The notes below the pieces were generated by a model that ran no database searches, was not told where the DNA came from, and saw only the letters and a program-made list of their open reading frames with translations. The translations under genes and the position numbers were made by a program. Shown here piece after piece: positions 42,301-55,500 of a stretch of DNA of 64,000 bases; position 1 is the stretch's first letter; each line of letters begins with the position of its first letter. The DNA is from Diadema antillarum (taxonomy: Eukaryota). Where the stretch lies: contig NW_027270917.1 of assembly GCF_040938485.1 (NCBI RefSeq), positions 4,650,001 to 4,714,000 on the forward strand, written 5' to 3'.

Positions 42301-45300
42301 TCTGGCACAGCAAGAAGTAACGGTGTAGTGTTGATTTTAACAGCACGTCGGGGAGCCAACCGCAGCGGAGCGCCCGGCGTGAAGTACGTGACGATGGCTG
42401 CTCATAATTGCTAGGAGTGGGCTGCCTTCTACAGAGCAAGACCACATCGGAAAACATAACAACACATTGAACCAAACGTTGAATCGAAGGAAGGATCTTG
42501 CATGTTCGCCAGTCTTTCAAGCGAGTGCATGTACATAGGCCTACATGTACAAGTATTTGAAATTTTCAAAGCAAAGTTGCTGAAGACAAAATCTAGCATA
42601 GAGAGGGTAAACTATACTTATTGCAAGTTAAACGAATATCAACACTTTACTTTATGGCTTGAAATGCCAAAAATGTTAATTGTTATCAAAATAACATGTG
42701 CCCGACTCTAGTGAAATAAAAAACCAGCTAGTTTATAATTGTGAGTTTTAAAAAGACTCCAGATACTTTCCTCTTTCTACATCCAAATGATGAAAGTGTC
42801 ATCTGATCATCTTGAAATACGAATGGTCCTTCTACTCTAATAAGGAATGATAGGATTTTCGTTAGGTCAGAGTAGAGTGTGCAACATTCTTGGGAGGAAA
42901 TACTTCCCCCAAGCGGCCGAGGTGATACTGATATTAATTTCGTCTGGGCCAACTTCTTTCACACTCACGAAGGAGTGATCAATTACTCGCAGTGTCACAA
43001 ATAGTATTCCAAATCCCAACCTTGCCGAAACCTATCGGGCCTTCTCTGGAATCAGAGGCAACGGATTGGGCACGGGGGACGCGACGCGGTGCTTTACCGT
43101 TGAACTTTGAAGAACAATGAGCCTACCTTGACTATTAATGGTTCCCTCCATGTTCCTTTCTCATTAAATATAAACAATCAGGAACACGGACTAAACCACC
43201 CGTCACCATTAAAAATACAACAAACCCACGCAAAAAGTTGATTTGACCCGGAAAGTGCATGGACCCCCTCCATACCTCGGTAACTCAGAACATAGAACTC
43301 CATGGTCGATGAAAGATAACAGATAAAAATCGTCCTATCGACAAGCTATATTGGGGTTTGATCCAGTCCGCATCATGTCTGGGGGACAGCTGTTACTTGA
43401 ACCGGTGTGACCCGCATTGACCCAGAAAATGGAACCAAGGAGGTACAAGTTCCATCTCCCTCATAAAAAAAAACAAGAGACCCGCGGGTCTAGCGCTCAC
43501 CTGAGTATCGCAAGTTCACCTTTCACGCAGTCACCAATCTAAATTATTCACAGCTCTACCAAAATTTGACCAGGCATTCTGAAGTAGAAGATGAAAATGT
43601 ACAATAAGGGCCCAAATTTTTAAAGATTCCTTAATTTGGGGGATTGGGGGCCCCCTGGGGCCGTCTGGGTGGGGCATGGTGCCCATTTTGATAAATTGAG
43701 ATCCTGACCCCCTAAGGATGCTACCTGCCAAGTTTGACGAAAATCTATCATGAGGTTTTCAGGAAGAAGATGACAATGTACGATTCAGGCCCCCATTTGG
43801 ACCTTCCTAACCAACCCCCCACCCCACCCCTGCCCCCAAGAGGGGCACCCCTGGATCTCCTATGAACAAACTCGAAACTACAGTCATTAATGTACTCACT
43901 CATAGTATTATCTTAGCTGTATAACTTCTGATTCTAGAGAAAATTTTTAACGATTCCTTCATTTGGGGGGTTTGGGCCCCCCTGGGGGCCCCCTGGGTGG
44001 GACATGGTGCCCATTTTAACAAATTGAGATCCTAACCCCTTAGGGATGCTACCTGCCAAGTTTGGTGAAAATGGGTCATGGGGTTCTAAAAAAGAAGATA
44101 AAAATGTACAATTTAGGCCCCATTAGGACCCCTCCTCACCTCCCTCCCCTGGGTCCCAAGGGGGGCACCCCTGATTCTGCCATGAACAAACTTGAAACTG
44201 CAGTCATCAATGTACTAACTCATAGTATTAACTTAGCTCCATCACTTCTGGTTCTAGAGAAGAAGATTTTTAAAAATTCCTTAATTTTGGGGGATTTGGG
44301 CCCCCTGGGGGTCCCCTGGGGGCCCCCTGGGTGGGGCATGGTGCCCATTTTAACAAATTGAGTTCCTAACCCCCTAGGGATGCTACCTGCCAAGTTTGGT
44401 GAAAATGGGTCATGGGGTTCTCAAGAAGAAGATGAAAATGTACAATTTAGGCCCCATTAGAACCCCTCCCCACCCCCTCCCCTGGGTCCCAAGGGGGGCA
44501 TCCCTGATTCTGCCATGAACAAACTTGAAACTACAGTCATCAATGAACTAACTCATAGTATTAACTTAGCTCTATCACTTCTGGTTCTAGAGAAGAAGAT
44601 TTTTAAAGATTCCTTAAATTTGGGGGGTTTGGGCCCCCCTGGGGGCCCCCTGGGTGGGTCATGGTGCCCATTTTAACAAATTGAGTTCCTAACCCCCTAG
44701 GGATGCTACCTGCCAAGTTTGATGAAAATCGGTCTTGGGGTTTTCAAGAAGAAGATGAAAATGTAAAAAGTTTACGCACGACGCACGACGGACGACGGAC
44801 GACGGACGACGGACGACGGACGACGGACGACGGACGACGGACGACGGACGACGGACGACGCACGACGGACGCCGGACGAAGGGCGATCGCAATAGCTCAC
44901 TTGAGCCTTTGGCTCAGGTGAGCTAAAAAAACAACCAATGATTGCCGGAGCTGTAACAGGTCCAACCGTTTGAACGTCAGGCTTCCTTATATCTCTTGTA
45001 CACTGTAAAAACATCGGTGTTAGATTTAACACCAAGGGTGTTAAATCTAACACCGATCAAACTTCAATAAAGGACCACACCCACAGGTGTTAAAAATGCA
45101 CTGTGATGGTGTTGAAAAGTGTTCACCTGACACTTCGTGGTGTTAATTTGACACTGTACCTGGTGTTATTTTGACACTGTACTGGTGTTAATTCAAAAAT
45201 GACACCACATGGTGTTGATTTGATATTTGTTGGTGTTAATATCAATGGTTTAACATCCGTCCAGCTTCAATAAGAGACCACACCAGCTGGTGTTACTTTG

Positions 45301-46210
45301 GTGTAAATCTATTTTCACATTTTTCAAAAATCAAGTATTTTAATGTAAAATTCTTGATCGTCTTGTTTAAATTGAAAATCAACAAGAAGTGCAGTTACTA
45401 AGAAACTCTTCAAAAAAAAACAGTTTGAAATTTGGAAATGACACCCGGAGGTGTTAATCTAACACCATAAATGAGCACCGAAAATTTAACACCAGCTCGG
45501 TGTTCACTATTTAACATCGGACTTTTTGCACAGTAGCTCCATGCTCTTACACTTCCTCAGTAGCAAATTAAACTTTTCGCTGTGTATCCATTTCTTGTTT
45601 GCGCTTCCAAGTTTCCTCAACACGTTATCCTGTTATCCACTTCATTTTGACTAACAATGGTTACACACCCAGAGGTAGGAGGAGTCTAAATTAGTTGTCA
45701 ACGCCCAGTCTTTAGCAGGATATCATTAATAAAACAAAAATAAACAAGCCCAAGAACAGAGAAGAACGCAAGGCGATGTGTCGGCTTGTCATGAAGGAGA
45801 TCGTGACAACTGAATCAGGGCTAATTATTTAAGGTCAAGGCCAGAAAAAAAAATCATGTACGCAATCGGGATAAGTGTCATTGTTTACAAAGTCGGTACT
45901 AATGTCGTATATCAATTATGACTCAAAATGTGATAAAAAGGACATATTACATATTTTATTTTGCACACTGTACACGTACGTTTGGGGATGTTTGATCGTC
46001 GGTAGACTGCATTTGCACACGGAGAGCTACGGTTGTCGACACACTATTATAGTACACTGTAACGCCTCTCTGGGCCCAACGACTGAATATTCGTCTAATC
46101 CCCACGTGCTAATCCTACAAATACCATCCAAATCCCATTCTCCACAGACGAATTAATCAATTATACAGAAGTCTGACGTTTACACGGAAAGAACCCCCAC
46201 CCCTGCCCTA

Positions 46211-46242
<32 letters not shown>

Positions 46243-46492
46243 GAGAAGAAAAGAAAAACGACAGGAACAAAACTTTTCTATGCCCTGTCTCCACTTTCTT
46301 CCAAGCCCAAAGAACTACTATGTACTTTCGTCTGAGCCTATTATAAAGAACAGGACTAGTCTCCAAGTCAATCATGGTAACGTGTATAAATGCAACGCTT
46401 GAACACTATCATAACGGTTTAAACCTCTAGGGACACCTGAAGACGATATTCTGAGTTTGTCATAAGTCATTAAAATCACGTCCATTTTAGTT

Positions 46493-46528
<36 letters not shown>

Positions 46529-49500
46529 AAAGGGCTTTTTACACTTCTAAATTTTTGCTTAGCCCCGTACCAACGGTGGGGCTAAGGGGGGGGGGGGGCT
46601 TAGCCCCACCGTTGGTACGGGACTATCCTTAGCCCACTTTCTGTTTACACTCGTTTTTGCCAAAGTGGGCTAGCCCCACCGATAGTACCGTACTACCTGG
46701 CCCTGCAAAATAGCAGAGTTAGCACCGCAATTGCGGTGCCAAGCAAGTGCGTGTAAACAGAACGAAAAAATAATCCGGGGCTAAGCGACGGAGACGAAGT
46801 CCGACCCTCACTGACCAATCAGAAACGAGGTAATCAAATGCTGCCGGTGCGTGCGTGTACGTGTACACTGCACAGCGTAATCATGAATATTCATGTGGTT
46901 TGGAAAGTCCGGGGCTAAGAAATACGAGTGTAAAAACGTCAGTTTTCTCCTTAGCCCCGGACAAGAGATAGTACGGGACTATAAGATGGCAAGTGTAAAA
47001 AGCTGAAAAAAATTGGTACGGGACTAACGATAGTCCTGGGTCAGAGAAAGTCCGGGGTTAAGAAACACAAGTGTAAAAAGCCCTTAAATGAGAGACGTAG
47101 ATGGGGGTGGGATGGGTGGGGGGGGGGGGGAGAAGCATAGGCAGGTGATACATTAATATGCACAAGCATTCCAGTCTTGTTTGCTGTTGCATGTAGGTAA
47201 ATGTCTGCAAGGAATTATTATGATACATGCAGAGGCATTATGTTTGGGCTGGGGGTGGGGTGGGGAGCGGGGGAGGAGGAGGGGCAGAGAAATAGGAGAA
47301 GGTGGGGGGGGGGGAGACAGAAGACTGTAATAATATGGAACATGTTTTCTGGATCTCATGGATCGAAAAACATGTGCATGGCAACGAGCCCTCCAGAGTA
47401 AAAGCATGGGAAGAAGGCAACAACTGAAGGCAAAGATAAAAGGGCCCGAACGTATACGTGACCCGACGGAACGACGTTTACAAGGAACAGGCCATGCCCC
47501 ATGTCTACGTGTCGCTGAATACCATCTGGTCTAGCCCTATATCACAGTCTTCTCTTCATTTTCGTCCTTTACATTAAACACCTGTAAATCTCAACTCTCC
47601 AATCTATCCTTCGCGTAGAGGTAGCCTAATTCTTCTGTTCTTCTGTAGAGGCAGGCACTTAGGTCGACGGTGGATTAACCCCTTTCGTTACGAGTGTCAG
47701 AAATTTCAGTTATACAGTTCGTTAAATTCCGAAGGTTCGTTCTTCCGAACAAATTTATAATGAGGTAAGGTTGGTCATTCCGAAGAGTCGCTAATCCAAA
47801 AATGACAAGTAGTTTGTCATTTCGAAGGTTCGTTCAAGGATCCGTAATTGAAATAAGATTCTTTAATCCGAAAGTTCGTACTAAATCCCAGAGTGAAATA
47901 TGAGGTTCGTTATTCCGAAAGTTATTAATCCTAAAACGAAACAAGGGTCGTGATTCCGCATGCTTGTTAGTACGCACCTTTTTTTTTTTGTACAGTGCCT
48001 ATTGTATAATATACGTGTGTGGTCATTCTTCAAAAGCTACACACAAAATCATACTTCCATAATTACACTCAGATACACGATAAGTCAAAAAATATAAAAT
48101 GACTGTAATCATAACAATGTTGTTGTCGTTGATGACTATGGCAATGAATAAGATTCTGCCTTCTCGACTGTGATAACAAGATTATTGAGCACAAATATTG
48201 CCTAAGTCAAAGAGCACTATGTTTGGTTCAGACTGTTGATTCACGACAACAAAATAGCGAAACATCGACACATCCGTTCTCCGAGCATTCCCTCACTAAA
48301 GTCTTGCAGTATGCAGTATAATGAGATCTGATTCTGAACATCCTTTAGGCTTTACGTTTTACCAAGGAAGTATACCTCCTTGGCTTTACACTCCTTTAGC
48401 AGTAGCAAACTCCAGGATTGCTCTACCACTGACAGCAGTATCAGAGATTTCGTCAGGTTGGAGATTACAGGGATAGTATAGTTTCGCTTGAGATGGGGCT
48501 TTGGGTTTTTAACGGGTTTTGATGGTGATGTTTTTAGATGATGCGAAAGATCTTATGAAATCTATGAAAAAGTATGGTTATTCTAAGAGGATTTCAAAGT
48601 TTATTTGATGAAAATTGGTTTTGAAATGGCTAAGATGGTCAAAACAAAGCGATCCTAATAAAAGGTGGGACCAATCTTTTATTAAGATCGCTTTGTTTCA
48701 CTATGTCTTTGAACATCTCAGCCTTTTCAAAACCGATTTTCATCAAATATACTTTGAATTCCTCTTAAAATTGTATACTCTTTAACATTTGATAAAATGG
48801 TTTCCAAGTATCTCGCAAAAAGTTAAAAGCTGAATCCTCGTCTCAACCAATACTATACACCATCCCTTTAACATGCAGGGATTCAATTGCCTCTGTCAAG
48901 ACTCACCGAGTATTCAGCACAAAGGGGAAAAGGGATTGGATTTTTGAGGATTCTTGCTTTGTACCAAGTCCTTGGTGCTTTAATGACTTTTCTTGACTCT
49001 TTGTGAGACATCTCCTTCAATCCATAATCCTAGACGAATTACTCACAGTTACGAAAATTGAGGATTTCGCCCCAAAAAGTTAACTTAGTGTGAAAAGGTG
49101 ACATCTATAAGTACACCTTATTACGGACCATATTCTTGTGAGGTTATTCCTTCTGTTATTGTCAGCTTATCGCATTTTGAGAAAAAAAAAATGAAATTCC
49201 ACATCATATCAGATTACTTACGTGATGACTTGTTTGAATGTTGATCGGGTGTGGCTAATACCTTCTAGAACTAACATTTGTTACAAATTAGCAGCTTGCT
49301 CGCTGGGTTGCGGTCTGATAAACCGGTTCCTTTCGAATGTCTCCATCCATTGTTCGACATCACAGTAGGGAGTTACTGCGTGCAGCTTTCAATCATCATG
49401 TATTACAACCACTGTGCCAAGGGACCGGCGCCAAGAGATATATGTCAATGGGGGGAGGGGGGGGGGGCAAGATATTAAACTAGCAGTAGTAAGAATTAAA

Positions 49501-52500
49501 CAACAAGGAGGACAACATTAGCAAAACATGCACTCACGCAAACACACATGATAGAAAAACGAAAAAAAAAAAAACCTCAACAAAACAAATACAAAGGCCA
49601 ATTTGTTCAGAGTGATCCACACGACGTTCTGTTTGCAAACTATGTACTATGGAAGAATGTACTTTTTTATTATTTTCGTAATATTTTCCATCCAGAATAG
49701 ATGCACATGTACATAATAACAATCATGAAGTTGCTTGAAATCATATAGCATGTACTACTACATCTAATCAGAATGACTGATATCAAATACATACTTTCCA
49801 TCACATCTCACTAAAACAATGTGTGAGTGCGTTTGTGTACTTAAACCACGTATAGATACACACATTTTCACTGAGAGTAAATGACAACAGGCATTTGTGG
49901 ATTTAACCATAGTATATGGGATGAAGCGTAAATATAAAACTGGAATGAAGATGAATGATGACTCTACAAGATGTAATTTGCCTCGCCGCAAGTTGGCTCT
50001 ACGAAGTACAAGACTCACTTCGGAGACGCCTTGGACTCTCGTGATGTTGGTGTCCGCCCAGGGAGACGACCATCCCCCTGCATGGTCATTTGTTTATCCA
50101 TGGAGGTAGAAATATCTCTTTTCTACCTCCATGGTTTATCCATGGCATTTGCTATACCATGGTTATACTAATGCCAGTTCTTGTAATATACACTCATGCT
50201 TGAGAAGTCATGTAAAATCAAATAGAGATCTTTCGTTCTGCAAATTGAGCACATAATCATGATGGGTGTATAGCATAGACTAAAGGCGCCGCTCCGCTAT
50301 TACATAACACACTTTTGTCTCCTTCTGTATCTCCCCCTATCTCGAAGCATATAGATAACCACAAATTTAACTGTTAACATTAATATTTCGATTGCGATTT
50401 GTCATTACAAAACTCGTCAAGAAACATATTTCATCCGTCCATTCATACAAGCACTTTGCAGAAGACTAAATGAATAACGCCTTCTATTTTTTTTTTTTTA
50501 AATATGACCACGGTGGGTACAAATCGTCTTGTCCAAGGACGCATAAGCTCCAGACTGGTTTCGAACTCGGGTCCTTATACTGAGAGTCAGAAGTCTTTTC
50601 CACTACGCCACAGTGCGCCTACATAGAGCGTTTTGTATACAGGCTGTAGAGTTTAATGAAACACCATGGAAATGACAATCCAAATCAAAACACATCGAAA
50701 TAGACCCACACTCTCGACTCTACGCTAATCGATCCAGATGTCGCATGTTCGTGGGATACTGCACGGCGGAGCCAAATTTGAGGGTGATTCGAAGCATCAG
50801 ACCCCATATTATCCCCCCCCCCCCCTTTCATCTTCCGACACACGAAGGCGGGAATGTTTCGCCGCGCGGGGAATGCCCTGCACTATTCATGCAATTATCT
50901 AAATCTTACGAAAGTTCTTTAGATCTTCTTTAATAATATCGCGAACCGTTTATCATCGGCTTAACTAATCTCCATGGAAACAAACCCTTGGAGATGGAAA
51001 CCCGAGCCTTTACCCCCGATAAAAATCAACTATACTCTCTTCCGCGATCGATATGCGTCGGTATGTCATGCAGACATCCTCTGAAGATCTGAAGAGAACA
51101 CGATTTGGGACTGCCATAAAGGGAAGTTTCCCGTCCCGATTAGGTGGCGTAATTCTAATGAGCAAGGCACGTTTAACACGCCGGAAATGAATCGTGTCGG
51201 GAGACATGTACGAAGAACGACAATCGTGCTGGGCGTTCGCTGTCTGATTATTCGAATTATCTCTTTTCTTCGCCCTCTATGGACCTATATTCACATTGCC
51301 TGTAGTTATTCATGTCATCGTTGCACTTTCCCCACATTCAACTCTTCCGCTCCCATCAGCAGCTGTTCAATCTTCAGTATATCAAAACGAAGAGTTGATA
51401 AGATGGGAACTGGAGCTCTTCTAACGACGTAGTTACGATATAAGGTCATTGCAAAGAGACGAGTACGATGAAATAAGGTTTACTCTTTTTTTCAAGTTTC
51501 TAGAAACCCTGCTTTTAAAGGGATAGTATAAAGTATTGGTTGAGATGAGGATTTAGCTTTTAACTTTTTGTGAGATACTCAGAAACCACTTTATGAATGT
51601 TAAAGAGCATCGTCATACTAAGAGGAATTCATTAGTTTATTTCATGAAAATCGGTTTTGAAATGGCTGAAACATCCTCATAAAAGATGGGTCCCACTTTT
51701 TATTCGGATTACTTTATTTCGGATATTTCGGCCATTTCAAAACCAATTTTCATCAAATAAACTTTGAATTCCTCTTTAGAATTATATGCTCTTTCATAAT
51801 ACTATTAAGAGATATCTCATTATCTCACGAATAAGTTAGAAACCTGAAGCCCCATACCTATCAAAACTATACTATCCCTTTAAACACCTCTGCATTTCTG
51901 TATATTTAGTATGGCGGTATCAGACACCGAGATGATGATAGATTTTTACAGACTTTAGTCCTTTTTCACACTACACAGAGCAAATTGAACGTTTGTGTTT
52001 TTTTTGGTTTTTTGCTTGTTGTTGGTTTTTTTTGTAGCAAACGAACACGATGATAATTATACAAATAATAAGCTTGATCAGGGTCCCGTTTCATAATACT
52101 TGTTGGCAGTAACAAATGCCACATCTCTACGACAAATTTGCTCTCAACCAATCAGATGCAAGGATTTCAGTAACTTGCCACAACTATTGTAACTTGTTAT
52201 TGATGATAAGTTTAATAAAACGGGACCCTGGGTAGACGCACGATTAACGCAACGATGAGATGAGGGCGTCCTAATATAAACATAAATACACAGCCGAGTC
52301 GGGAGGGGAATAGAGAGAAGGCCAAGTGTGAAAGGGAATGAATTTTATGAAACATCTAAGTACTGCATTGAGGAGAGGAGAATTTAATATATTCATGGAT
52401 TTCATGTTATTTAAAGACCTTCATCAAATCCATTAAAAAAAAACATTCAAAGCGCAACCTACGTTGATGTTGTCTTTTATCAGTTGAGTAACTTCACATA

Positions 52501-55500
52501 AATACACTTGTATGTGTATCACTTTTGTTTGAGGAAGTTTCTTTAATACTGAGCTAGAATGAAATGATGTGTATGTAGACCTTAAATAATATGAAAATAT
52601 AATAATGCACTGTTTCTCGTAATACCGTAATTTGGGACAGCTGGGGGTTATATTTTCCCCTCGGGACAAGTAAAAGTAATCTAAAAAGCCAATATCCGTA
52701 CGATATATTAATTTCTACTCTGCTCTAAATTTGCATCCACTTCCTTTAGAAATTAGAGTTTCTTACTGGCCCTTAAATGTGACAATGCTAATCTATACGT
52801 GATTTGCTGCATCTGCACATCACCTAATACCTTGACATTCTGTCGCGACTCGTGGGGACAAACAGTTTGACGCCGCCAGCTGTAGGGCCTATACCTGGAG
52901 AAAAGAATGCAAGCACACCTATGTCCAATGTGCGACGTGGCGCTAACGCGTTCTCTGACGTTAATTCCCGCCAAGGCATGCCAGGAGTACGTACCTCGGA
53001 CTTGGTGTGAGGATGCTGTTACCTATCGACAAGAATAATAACTGATCTGTCGAACGCGCAGGCAGGAGTGCAACATATGCTCAAAATTAGACCTCTTCTT
53101 CATTCCAAAGGACTGAAATAATGATGTAGATAAAAGCACAACCAAAAATTTATGCTTCACAATAAACCAACAGCCATAATCGGCAAGAAGTCAAAGTCAC
53201 ACATGACTAATTTTCACCTGCTTTCAATCATCAAGCTTTACAATCATGATAGATGAAGACCTGTCGAACCTTATTCCTTGACAGACAACTAAGTAGCAGA
53301 ATTCATGTAGGGAATGGTATACCTGCGTGGTTGCCTGGTTGAAAAATTACATGTAGAGGGTGAGTGATGCCCTTGGTTTGATTTCAAAGAACTCATTACA
53401 GGATCAACTAGATATTATCAAGCTGCTAACGATAGGTGTTGAGTAAGAAATTGATCTGCCTTCTGAAGCGAAGAGGTATAGGCCCTAAATTTTAGTCGAC
53501 TGGAGTTAAGCATTCAGCTCCTAAAGCTCAATGTGTCATTTTGGTTTAGACAATTCCTAAGTTAAAGGAAACCCAAACCCAAAGAGCAATGTGGATTGAG
53601 TGAAAGCAGCAACATTAGTAGAACACATCGGTGAAAGTTTGAGGAAAATCGCACAACCAGTGCAAAAGTTATAAATTTTTTAAATTTTGGTGTTGTAATC
53701 ACTGGATAAGGAGACTACTAGAGTTCATGACGTCATGTGTGGACAACAATATAAAGAAATTATAAGGAGAATTCCACAAAAATTCATTTTTCATGAAAAT
53801 TACACTTTCAATCAACTTGTTACTGACATATGTTATTAGGTATCATTCCCCCTGCTTTCTGAAAGAGGCAAGTCAAGTGAAAACATGCTGGATTTTCTTT
53901 ATATTTTCTTTACATTTTTGTCCACACATGATGTCATAAACTGAAGTAGTCTTCTTATCCAGTGATTTATACAACACCAAAACTTTAAATATTCACAACT
54001 TTTGCATCGATGGTCCGATTTTACTCAACTTTAACTGATGTGTTCTTCTAATGTTGCTGCTTTCACTCAACCCACATTCCTCTTTGGGTTTTGTTCCCTT
54101 TAAATACTCTAAGATCTTCATGACTTGGATGCTTTACTTGAATGTTTTCACGACGACTTTGGACACCTAATCACTTTTATTCTAGACAACACGAAACTTT
54201 CAAATATTTTCTCAATCCCAATCACATACAAACATAGACAGAGTCGACGTGCAGATAGACGAAAATATAAATAGTAGAGATAAATAGACAAATAGATAAA
54301 TAAACGACGGCTCTTTTGAATGCTGTGGATCTGAATCACTTCTATAACTATCTGCAGGATACATCTGAAATGTTGCAACTGGAAAAAAAAAAACTAAATT
54401 TTGAATTGGTGTTTGTTTTGCGTTTAGGGGCTTGTTTGGGACTTGATTGCGTCCATTCGTCATATTATAAGAAGCGAAAAGCCAATGAATACATGGCTAA
54501 CTAACCTGAATTGTACAGAAAATTAGCCTTTTATTTGCTCAAGGAGACTTGGGACAGTAGAAAGGAAGGGAAGGACCGCCCCCCCCCCCCACACACACAC
54601 CTCCACCTACCTGTTATGACGTATACAGTAGTACATGTATTAAACATATTGATTCCCATGCACCTCCTGCCTTCGTCTATCCTTGCTACTTCAACCGGTT
54701 AAAAAATTGGGAGGGGAGCGGGTGTTTTTGGATGGTGACTCCACTTTGCTATGCATGTATAGCATTGCTCTATTTTTTAGGTCACAGAGTTGAAAACGCA
54801 GCGAGCGGTCGAAATTGATTTACGACAATGTGTGCGCCATCCGTCTTACGACTGTTTTGCCATGTTTTTCTTTTCGTTTTTCTTTCCACATTCCGCACCC
54901 TGTTTCCTCCGTAACATGATGAGAGTTACAAAAATTGCTCCCCCTCTCTGTTACAAATAATCATACGGTTGAGTGTACCTCCATACAGAGTACGACAGAT
55001 AAAAGAAACAGAACAAACTCTATAAAAAATGCAGTTTAGTGATACAGCTGTACTACTGACACAAATGCACACTCACACACACACACACACACACATACAC
55101 ACAGACAAGACCAACGGCATAATTCTTGAGGTCCTTTTGATATGATCATGATACTAGTACTTCAGGTGACAGTTTTTGCGTTCGATTACTCCCTGTTCCA
55201 ACTTGCATGCGTTTCAACGCAAACAATTGTTCATCTAACCCATCAAAGGTGATCTACCTGGTACAAGTTATTGCTTGAAATGAAAATCCACAATAGAAAT
55301 TTCAGTAATAGGCCTACTAGTAGAAAGGCAACCTTGAACTGGCTTCTCGAGTAAGGGCAATCATGACGTTGGAAAACTTTATTCCAACTGCAAGCCCATT
55401 GTCACTAAACTACAATCATCATTATTATCATCATCATTATCATCATCATCATCATCGTCGTCATCATCATCATCATTCTCATCATCGTCACCCCCACCAC

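Noticed and set aside
48963-48976. Further CCWWGG-like hairpins: ACCAAGTCCTTGGT here, 50968-50995, 49907-49919 and the half-site at 43435
   Set aside because: Short or mismatched stems and no 5-bp flanking duplication; not counted in the family.
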